The notes beneath the pieces were generated by a model that had not been told where the DNA came from, searched no databases, and saw nothing but the letters and a program-made list of their open reading frames with translations. This document shows, in pieces, positions 1-5,594 of a DNA stretch of 24,088 bases. The stretch spans positions 1 to 24,088 of IMG/VR virus record IMGVR_UViG_3300032332_000069. One strand, 5' to 3'. Made by a program: the position numbers and the translations under genes. This DNA is from a virus (lineage: Duplodnaviria; Caudoviricetes). Within the stretch, counting starts at the first letter, position 1. Each line of letters begins with the position of its first letter.

Positions 1-13
1 AAAACAAAACGCT

Positions 14-127
14 ATGAATTGGAAAGAACAAAACAAAGACTACATTAAAGACAGTGTAAGTCTAACAACTGGGATTGTAATTTTTATCATTTGTATTTTA
101 ATTGGCTGCTTAGCCGGAAACCTTTAA
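14..127 (+). CDS. Small membrane protein, 37 aa (MNWKEQNKDYIKDSVSLTTGIVIFIICILIGCLAGNL)
   Basis: Translated by hand; below ORF-track cutoff. Same AACGCTATGAA start context as genes at 138 and 1530. One C-terminal hydrophobic helix. Confidence 0.65.
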   Translation: MNWKEQNKDYIKDSVSLTTGIVIFIICILIGCLAGNL

Positions 128-137
128 ACTCAACGCT

Positions 138-524
138 ATGAAAAAATTCACAAAAGACCAAAATGCAACTATTTTAAAAGCATTAGAAAAGGAAGTAAAC
201 TTTTGCCAATTACAAATGCTAGGTTGTAAGCAAACAAACCTAAAAGCATTGACAGATATTTGGCAAAGCGATATAACCACCTTAAATAAAATGATAGATA
301 TTATAAAAGCAGACAGTTTGAATAATACGGAGATTTTATGCAAGTGGGAAAAAGGATTTTTAGATATAGTTGACATTGATTTAGATTTAACAATAGTTCC
401 TAATGTTGGAGATATTTATTTGCATTTTAATAATGGCAGCTATACTGAATTAGTAGTTAAAAGAAGGCAAATAGTTAAGCACCTTTCTACAACTGCAATT
501 ATTATAACCTTTATAAAAAAATAA
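138..524 (+). CDS. Hypothetical protein, 128 aa
   Basis: ORF with CAACGCTATG start context, tightly packed with neighbours. Confidence 0.7.
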   Translation: MKKFTKDQNATILKALEKEVNFCQLQMLGCKQTNLKALTDIWQSDITTLNKMIDIIKADSLNNTEILCKWEKGFLDIVDIDLDLTIVPNVGDIYLHFNNGSYTELVVKRRQIVKHLSTTAIIITFIKK

Positions 525-526
525 CA

Positions 527-739
527 ATGGCACAGTACAAAAAAACACCAGCGCAATTAATTAAACAATTTATGGAGCAAAAGAACTACACAATAGGCGC
601 AGACCTTATTGAGTTCCTAAATGACGTTGACATTTACTTTGAGCGTGAAATTAAAAACGCTTATAATGCCGGCGATGGCAACGATGGTAGAGGCGAAGCA
701 AACCGTTATTACACATTAATATTTGAAGATAATAAATAA
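527..739 (+). CDS. Hypothetical phage protein, 70 aa
   Basis: ORF starts 2 nt after the previous stop. EREIKNAYNAG...ANRYY motif resembles small early proteins of Bacteroidota phages (recall only). Confidence 0.7.
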   Translation: MAQYKKTPAQLIKQFMEQKNYTIGADLIEFLNDVDIYFEREIKNAYNAGDGNDGRGEANRYYTLIFEDNK

Positions 740-746
740 ACCAGCT

Positions 747-1043
747 ATGACACTAATTTATCAAGGCAGACAATTAAAGTTACACAAAAGAGCAACTTGT
801 TTATTAGAACTATTAAAAGAAGCACAAAGGAGACAGGACTTATTTGAAAAGGATTTATCCTTATGGCGCAAAGGCGCAGACGAAGAGCCTGTAAGGCTTA
901 TGTCAACTGAAGAAGATATTCTCATAAAGATTGCACGTATGAACGCAGTGCAAAAAAGAATATTAAAATCTTATCATTGGCTTATCCTTGACCTCTACGA
1001 AATAACAGACCAATTTATGTTACCTGTAAATACTTTTTTATGA
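747..1043 (+). CDS. Hypothetical protein (MTLIYQGRQL...)
   Basis: ORF track starts at TTG 723. ATG 747 in CCAGCTATG context just after the upstream stop is more plausible. Confidence 0.7.
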   Translation: MTLIYQGRQLKLHKRATCLLELLKEAQRRQDLFEKDLSLWRKGADEEPVRLMSTEEDILIKIARMNAVQKRILKSYHWLILDLYEITDQFMLPVNTFL

Positions 1044-1216
1044 GTTATATAGACAATAAACATTCCTTAATCAGGGAAATAAAAATACTAGAATTAGAAA
1101 ACGAATTATTAAGAACCAAAATAAAACAACTACAAAATGACTTACTGGACAGTACCGAGCCGAAAATTGGACAAAAGCCTATACAACGACCAAAAGCACG
1201 CAAACAAGATAATTAA
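1040..1216 (+). CDS. Small coiled-coil protein, 58 aa (MSYIDNKHSLIREIKILELENELLRTKIKQLQND...)
   Basis: ATGA overlap with the upstream stop (1040-1043). Fills the gap to 1137. Heptad leucines. Confidence 0.6.
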   Translation: MSYIDNKHSLIREIKILELENELLRTKIKQLQNDLLDSTEPKIGQKPIQRPKARKQDN

Positions 1217-1475
1217 TGAAATATGCGACTTTTATAGTCTTACACACGCACAAATAAAAGGCAAATGCAGGGTAAGGGGTTACATTAAAGCTAGATTTAT
1301 AGCAATGTATCTTTTAAGGCGTAGAACAGGCTTAACACTAAAAGAGATTGGCAGAATGTTCCACCGAGACCACACTAGCATTATACACGCTATTAAAACA
1401 ATAGATGAAGTATTAAGTTTAAAGTACGAAAATGACTATCAGGATGAAATTAAAAGATTATTGGAAATTATTTGA
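1137..1475 (+). CDS. Stand-alone DnaA C-terminal (domain IV, Bac_DnaA_C-like) DNA-binding protein
   Basis: ARFIAMYLLRRRTGLTLKEIGRMFHRDHTSIIHA matches the DnaA domain IV signature (RQIAMYL...SLxxIGxxFxRDHTTVxHA). No AAA+ domain. Confidence 0.88.
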   Translation: MTYWTVPSRKLDKSLYNDQKHANKIINEICDFYSLTHAQIKGKCRVRGYIKARFIAMYLLRRRTGLTLKEIGRMFHRDHTSIIHAIKTIDEVLSLKYENDYQDEIKRLLEII

Positions 1476-1502
1476 TTTATTCACAAAATACCTTTATTTT
1501 TA
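1471..1502 (+). promoter_or_regulatory. Putative Bacteroidota-type promoter TTTG-N20-TATTTTTA with DnaA box TTATTCACA (1477-1485) in the spacer
   Basis: TTTG 1471-1474. TATTTTTA 1495-1502 has one mismatch to TAnnTTTG. TTATTCACA fits TTWTNCACA. Confidence 0.5.
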
Positions 1503-1529
1503 ATTATTATTTAACCAAAATTCAACGCT

Positions 1530-2096
1530 ATGAATGAAACAACAAACGAATTTCGCAAAGGCTTAAAACTTTACAAGGCCATTGCAGATTTTCAACAAGA
1601 ATGCCCTGTAATACACAAGGGTACTACAGGACACAATTACACGTATGCTGATTTGCCGGCAATCTTTAAGGTTATTATGCCTTTATTAAAGAAGCATAAA
1701 CTAGGCTTTGTTCAACCCCTTCAGGATGACAAATTGCAAACGATTGTTTTCCACACTGAAACAGGCGAAACAATCAGTAGCGAGGTTACAATACCTCAAG
1801 TCGTATTAAGGGGAATGAATGAATATCAGTCGCTAGGTAGTGCAATAACCTATTATCGCAGGTACTCGATTGCGAGCCTTTTAACTTTAGTAACTGATAA
1901 GGACACGGACGCAGCCGGAGAAAAAGAATACGATTTGCCGGCATATTTAAAAAAGCATAAGAACGCTACTGATTTAACATTGGCAGTTGACTTTTGCGAA
2001 AACGTACAGGAATTAGCCAAGTTACACAGTTTAAACAAAGAATTAATTAACCCAGCTATTCAGGCATTATTTACTTCAAAGAAAAACCACTTATAA
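1530..2096 (+). CDS. erf: ERF-family ssDNA-annealing protein (recombinase)
   Basis: N-terminal YTYADL...LKKHKLGFVQ and the ERF signature QSLGSAITYYRRYSIASLLTLVTDKDTDA. Confidence 0.9.
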   Translation: MNETTNEFRKGLKLYKAIADFQQECPVIHKGTTGHNYTYADLPAIFKVIMPLLKKHKLGFVQPLQDDKLQTIVFHTETGETISSEVTIPQVVLRGMNEYQSLGSAITYYRRYSIASLLTLVTDKDTDAAGEKEYDLPAYLKKHKNATDLTLAVDFCENVQELAKLHSLNKELINPAIQALFTSKKNHL

Positions 2097-2097
2097 A

Positions 2098-2517
2098 ATG
2101 AACACTTTAGCAATTTGGGAAATCGCACCCTCTAAAAGCGAAATAGATACATTGGCTCAAAACGTAGCCAATGAATTATCCGAAGGCACAATAAAAGCCG
2201 AGGACATAGCGGTTAAGATTTCAGTAATGGAAAACTTTACTAAAACATTAAGGGCAAAAAGTGAGGAACACATTATCGACTTCCTAGATAAATGCCCAAA
2301 GGGCAAATACGACCACCTGGGAGCCGCTATAAGCCTTAAAGACACTCAAACGTATGATTATGCTTCCTACTCTCTTAGATGGGCAGAATTACAGGCGCAA
2401 ATCGATATTTTAAAAGCCGAGCAAAAGGAAATAGAAGAAAACGGCAAAAAGTTCGAAAGGGGTGCAATACCTTTGAAATCTTATAAACAATCTTACGTAA
2501 TTACATTAAACAAATAA
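2098..2517 (+). CDS. Hypothetical protein in the recombination module, 139 aa
   Basis: ORF between ERF and the SSB-like gene; helical/coiled-coil character. Confidence 0.75.
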   Translation: MNTLAIWEIAPSKSEIDTLAQNVANELSEGTIKAEDIAVKISVMENFTKTLRAKSEEHIIDFLDKCPKGKYDHLGAAISLKDTQTYDYASYSLRWAELQAQIDILKAEQKEIEENGKKFERGAIPLKSYKQSYVITLNK

Positions 2518-2519
2518 AA

Positions 2520-2756
2520 ATGGAAAAGAAGCAAAACTATGGAGCTTGGAAAAAAGCTACCTCAAAAGGCGAAGTAATTGAATTTACTATTGAAGGGCAA
2601 CGATATTCAATGTGGCCTAATTCATACAAAAAGCCTGATAGTAAAGACCCTGATTTTAAAATATTCCCTAACGACTTCAAGCCAAAGGCAGAATTTAAAA
2701 AGGAATATTCAACACCAGTTAATCAACAGGAAAGCGAAGAAAACTTACCATTTTAA
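2520..2756 (+). CDS. Small putative ssDNA-binding protein (DUF736-like core, acidic SSB-type tail ESEENLPF)
   Basis: GAWKK...N.YK...PDFKI core. C-terminal LPF tail typical of SSBs. Located downstream of ERF. Confidence 0.65.
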   Translation: MEKKQNYGAWKKATSKGEVIEFTIEGQRYSMWPNSYKKPDSKDPDFKIFPNDFKPKAEFKKEYSTPVNQQESEENLPF

Positions 2757-2767
2757 ATAAACCAACT

Positions 2768-2962
2768 ATGAAAACACAAAAACAACAAATTAAAGCCTAT
2801 TTATCAAAAGGCAAATCAATTACCCCAATAGACGCTTTAAGTAAATTTGGATGCTTTAGATTATCAGCTAGGATTGCAGATTTAAGAAACGAAGGCTTAA
2901 ATATTGTAACTAAATACGTAACTAAAGGAGATAAAACATTTGCTAGTTATTCGGTAAAATAA
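2768..2962 (+). CDS. Winged helix-turn-helix protein (HTH_39-like)
   Basis: TQKQQIKAYLSKGKSITPIDALSKFGCFRLSARIADLRNEG is the typical pattern of this family. Confidence 0.82.
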   Translation: MKTQKQQIKAYLSKGKSITPIDALSKFGCFRLSARIADLRNEGLNIVTKYVTKGDKTFASYSVK

Positions 2963-2972
2963 GTTATATTTG
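2939..2972 (+). promoter_or_regulatory. Bacteroidota-type promoter for the replication genes (TTTG-N22-TATATTTG)
   Basis: TATATTTG 2965-2972 followed by CA; TTTG 2939-2942. Confidence 0.7.
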
Positions 2973-2973
2973 C

Positions 2974-3059
2974 AACGGATGTAGGATATCCATTTACAAA
3001 CTTATTGGCTCAAAGCTGAACCCTCAATCCTACTGGGGGGAATGCCGAGAGCCTTTTTT
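2974..3059 (+). ncRNA. Structured 5' leader RNA: two hairpins with complementary 7-nt loops (kissing loop), ending in a terminator-like stem and U-tract
   Basis: GGAT-[GTAGGAT]-ATCC 2977-2991; CCCTCA-[ATCCTAC]-TGGGGG 3021-3039; outer stem GGCTC 3007-3011 / GAGCC 3049-3053; T6 3054-3059. Confidence 0.7.
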
Positions 3060-3062
3060 ATT

Positions 3063-3812
3063 ATGTCAAAAGATACATTTTACTTTTCGCACGACTATAA
3101 TAGCCGGAATGATGAAAAGATAAAGTTTCTAATTAGGAAACACGGAATAACTGGGTATGGCTTATTTTGGGTAATCATTGAAGATTTATATAATAATGCG
3201 AACGCATTGCGAACGGATTACGAAGGCATTGCGTATGATTACAGGATTGAATGCGACATAGTAAAATCAGTAATTAATGACTTTAATTTATTTGTATTTG
3301 ATGGCGATACTTTTGGTAGTTTATCAGTGCAAAAACGTTTAGATGAACGAGATAGTAAAAGCGTAAAAGCAAGACAATCAGCTAGTAAGAGATGGACAAA
3401 TGCGAACGCAATGCGAACGCAATGCGATAGCAATGCTATAAAGGAAAGGAAAGGAAAGGAAATAAAGGAAAAGAAAGTAAATAAAGGAAAGGAAATAACT
3501 TACCCTTTTGATAGTGATAATTTTAAAAAATATTGGTCATTATGGGTTGAATTTAAGAAGGAACAATTTAATTTTACTTATAAATCAAATATATCAATTC
3601 AGGCTACGTTAAATGAATTAGTAAAACTTTCTAACGGACAGGAACAAACTGCTATTAAAATTATTGAACAGTCTATTGCTAAAGGATGGCAAGGATTATT
3701 TCAACTAAAAACCGAAACTAATGGAACTAACAACAACTCAAAAATCGCTCCAAAAATTACCGACCAACAGTTACACGAAGCCTTTGTTAAACGCAATAGT
3801 AATTGGAAATAA
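3063..3812 (+). CDS. Replication initiator, DUF4373 (Lin1244/Lin1753-like) N-terminal domain
   Basis: YFSHDYNSRNDEKI...GYGLFWVIIEDLY N-terminus, low-complexity basic linker, and a C-terminal domain ending SIAKGWQGLF. Start moved from 3042 to ATG 3063, downstream of the leader structure. Confidence 0.8.
   Translation: MSKDTFYFSHDYNSRNDEKIKFLIRKHGITGYGLFWVIIEDLYNNANALRTDYEGIAYDYRIECDIVKSVINDFNLFVFDGDTFGSLSVQKRLDERDSKSVKARQSASKRWTNANAMRTQCDSNAIKERKGKEIKEKKVNKGKEITYPFDSDNFKKYWSLWVEFKKEQFNFTYKSNISIQATLNELVKLSNGQEQTAIKIIEQSIAKGWQGLFQLKTETNGTNNNSKIAPKITDQQLHEAFVKRNSNWK
3195..3238 (+). repeat. Degenerate 11-bp tandem repeats (iteron cluster 1)
   Basis: AATGCGAACGC, ATTGCGAACGG, ATTACGAAGGC, ATTGCGTATGA. 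Confidence 0.65.
3399..3499 (+). repeat. Putative replication origin: 11-bp iterons (cluster 2) followed by a purine-rich AAAGG tract
   Basis: AATGCGAACGC x2, AATGCGATAGC, AATGCTATAAA (3399-3442), then (AAAGG)n-like purine tract to about 3499. Lies inside the initiator gene, as in lambda O. Confidence 0.75.
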
Positions 3813-4323
3813 TGGGGCAGTATTTAACGAATTATGCCGGTTTAAAGAAAAAGGCGAACCGTTACCAATGAAAATAATCGAGTATGTACCTGTAAGCGAA
3901 AGGCTTCCGGCATTGGCTAAAATGTACGGAAACGATAAAATTGCAGCCGTATTAAGTAAGGCAATTACTAAATCATTAAATAACTTTAATTTAAGGGTAG
4001 CAATGACACCTGAACAAATTGCTGATTTATCTTATGCTTTAATTGATGAAGCAGAGCAAGACCAGCTAGCTATACAGGATATTTTATTATTCCTTGAAGG
4101 AATGGTTAAAAACAAATACGGCAAAGTTTATGACCGTATGGATATGCCTACTTTTTTCGATATGCTAGAAAAATACAGGGAGCAAAGGCATTTAGACTTT
4201 ATGAACGGCAAAGAAGAAGCACACGCACAATTTAAAGCAATGGGAGATAGTAATCGAACAAGCCAAGATATAGACAAAGAAGCCAACAGGAATGCAATGC
4301 TAAACTATTTAAAAACAAAATAA
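3721..4323 (+). CDS. Replication-associated protein (possibly DUF6633-like; candidate helicase loader)
   Basis: Overlaps the initiator 3' end. KYGKVYDRMD motif recalled from genes that follow initiators in Bacteroidota phages. Function inferred from position only. Confidence 0.55.
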   Translation: MELTTTQKSLQKLPTNSYTKPLLNAIVIGNNGAVFNELCRFKEKGEPLPMKIIEYVPVSERLPALAKMYGNDKIAAVLSKAITKSLNNFNLRVAMTPEQIADLSYALIDEAEQDQLAIQDILLFLEGMVKNKYGKVYDRMDMPTFFDMLEKYREQRHLDFMNGKEEAHAQFKAMGDSNRTSQDIDKEANRNAMLNYLKTK

Positions 4324-4328
4324 AACAT

Positions 4329-4389
4329 TGCCCTCACAAATTATTAATTAACAAAATAAAGGGTGTTGATTAAACGTGGGGGCATTTTT
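4329..4389 (+). terminator. Extended hairpin terminator/attenuator after the replication genes
   Basis: TGCCCTCAC 4329-4337 / GTGGGGGCA 4376-4384; inner stem TTAATTAACA 4344-4353 / TGTTGATTAA 4364-4373; T5 4385-4389. Confidence 0.65.
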
Positions 4390-4394
4390 AAACT

Positions 4395-4640
4395 ATGAGC
4401 AACAAACTATATTACCACATTTGCAAGAAATACCCTGAAATAGAGTACAAAGGAGAAGATTTAAACCTAGAAAATCTTTATACTGAGGAACTAAAAAAGA
4501 GATGGTTAAACACTGTTAAATATCCAACAGTAACCGATATAGTAATTGAATTAAGAATAAGCGAAAGAACTGTATATAGATTAGCAAAGGAAAACAATCT
4601 AGGTTCACGCTGGGTACACCGTAAAAATAATCAACTATGA
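4395..4640 (+). CDS. Small HTH DNA-binding protein
   Basis: VTDIVIELRISERTVYRLAKENNL is a Fis-like HTH pattern. Confidence 0.7.
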   Translation: MSNKLYYHICKKYPEIEYKGEDLNLENLYTEELKKRWLNTVKYPTVTDIVIELRISERTVYRLAKENNLGSRWVHRKNNQL

Positions 4641-4738
4641 ATTTTCTATTAGGCTTTCTATGCGTAATTATATTTACTGCATTATCAAGTTACATTTACG
4701 TATTTAACGATAATAACGATGACAATGAGATATATTAA
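4637..4738 (+). CDS. Small hydrophobic peptide, 33 aa (MNFLLGFLCVIIFTALSSYIYVFNDNNDDNEIY)
   Basis: ATGA overlap with the upstream stop; N-terminal TM-like helix. Confidence 0.55.
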   Translation: MNFLLGFLCVIIFTALSSYIYVFNDNNDDNEIY

Positions 4739-4817
4739 ATTTTTCTTTATTAGCGTTCCTTTAGCTTGTATGCTTTACGGAACTGCAACTATAATTAGAT
4801 TAATAAAAAAAGTATGA
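4719..4817 (+). CDS. Small hydrophobic peptide, 30-32 aa (MTMRYIKFFFISVPLACMLYGTATIIRLIKKV)
   Basis: Translated by hand; its stop overlaps the next ATG (ATGA 4814-4817). Alternative start at 4725. Confidence 0.55.
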   Translation: MTMRYIKFFFISVPLACMLYGTATIIRLIKKV

Positions 4818-4891
4818 ATATTATATTAATAGTTTTAACCTGGGAACTAATTAAAGAAGTTATTAAAAGAATAATTGAAAGACATTTATGA
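4814..4891 (+). CDS. Small peptide, 25 aa (MNIILIVLTWELIKEVIKRIIERHL)
   Basis: ATGA overlaps at both ends (4814-4817 and 4888-4891). Confidence 0.55.
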   Translation: MNIILIVLTWELIKEVIKRIIERHL

Positions 4892-5094
4892 GTGAAATTA
4901 AAGGATTGGAAAATAGCAGACCAATAAAAATGATAGACATTGAAACAAAAAAAGCTACAATATTTAAGTCAATAGCTTACGCAAAAAGGGTTACAGGCTT
5001 AACGGAGTACGGAATACGTGCCGGACTTAACCCAATGCAAAAGAAGCGTTTTGAAGTAAATGGCCGGACAGTTTGTTTTAGAGTAATTAAATAG
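4888..5094 (+). CDS. Stand-alone NUMOD1-like DNA-binding domain protein
   Basis: RPIKMIDIETKKATIFKSIAYAKRVTG resembles the NUMOD1/IENR1 repeat of homing endonucleases. No nuclease domain. Confidence 0.6.
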   Translation: MSEIKGLENSRPIKMIDIETKKATIFKSIAYAKRVTGLTEYGIRAGLNPMQKKRFEVNGRTVCFRVIK

Positions 5095-5103
5095 CTAGTT
5101 TTG
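5072..5103 (+). promoter_or_regulatory. Bacteroidota-type promoter TTTG-N20-TAGTTTTG upstream of ninG
   Basis: Perfect consensus and spacing; ATG follows after only 4 nt. Confidence 0.75.
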
Positions 5104-5107
5104 TCTT

Positions 5108-5491
5108 ATGGCATTAATAACTATTCCTAAACTAACTGCAAAGGCTCAAAAGATATTCAATGCTTATATCAGGCAAAGAGATAGCGAAGACGGATATTTT
5201 ACTTGTATTAGTTGCGGACAGGTTAAAGATACTAGCGTTATGGATGCCGGTCACTACGTTCCAGTTAAGGGTAGTTCAGCTTTACGCTTTGATGAGTATA
5301 ACGTAAACGGAGAATGCAAGTCTTGCAATGGCTTCGACCAATTTCACTTAATAGGTTATCGCAGAAACTTGATTGATAAAGTAGGTGAACGCAAGGTTAT
5401 GGAATTAGAGCATCAACACAGGCTAATTAAAAAATGGAGCAGAACTGAATTAAACGAAATAATTGAAACGTATGGCAAAACTAACAAGTAA
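5108..5491 (+). CDS. ninG: NinG/Rap-family recombination endonuclease
   Basis: AQKIFNAYIRQRD, CISCG, DAGHY and LRFDEYNVNGECKSCN motifs. Confidence 0.9.
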   Translation: MALITIPKLTAKAQKIFNAYIRQRDSEDGYFTCISCGQVKDTSVMDAGHYVPVKGSSALRFDEYNVNGECKSCNGFDQFHLIGYRRNLIDKVGERKVMELEHQHRLIKKWSRTELNEIIETYGKTNK

Positions 5492-5594
5492 CGGAAAAAC
5501 AACATTCGGTAAAAGGAAATGTGGTAAGGCTAAAAAGTCTTACAATAAACATAGCCCCAAACCTAAACCATATAAAGGACAAGGAAGATGCTAA
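5472..5594 (+). CDS. Small basic protein, 40 aa (MAKLTSNGKTTFGKRKCGKAKKSYNKHSPKPKPYKGQGRC)
   Basis: Translated by hand; bridges ninG and the MTase. Y(K/R)GQG end recalled from small proteins of aquatic phages. Confidence 0.65.
   Translation: MAKLTSNGKTTFGKRKCGKAKKSYNKHSPKPKPYKGQGRC

Noticed and set aside
2578-2760. Alternative-frame 60-aa ORF on +
   Set aside because: Nested in the SSB-like gene; no start context or motif.
2974-3059. tRNA gene
   Set aside because: No cloverleaf, T-loop or acceptor stem; no tRNA seen anywhere in the window.
3042-3062. Longer N-terminus (MPRAFFI) for the initiator
   Set aside because: That ATG lies inside the leader hairpin; the family pattern starts at MSKDTFYFSHD (3063).
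3399-3499. Possible CRISPR array
   Set aside because: Short tandem units with no spacers, inside a coding region; better explained as iterons.
4888-5094. Homing endonuclease or intron
   Set aside because: Only a NUMOD1-like binding domain; no HNH/GIY-YIG domain and no interrupted gene. TerL, portal and capsid have normal lengths with no intein.
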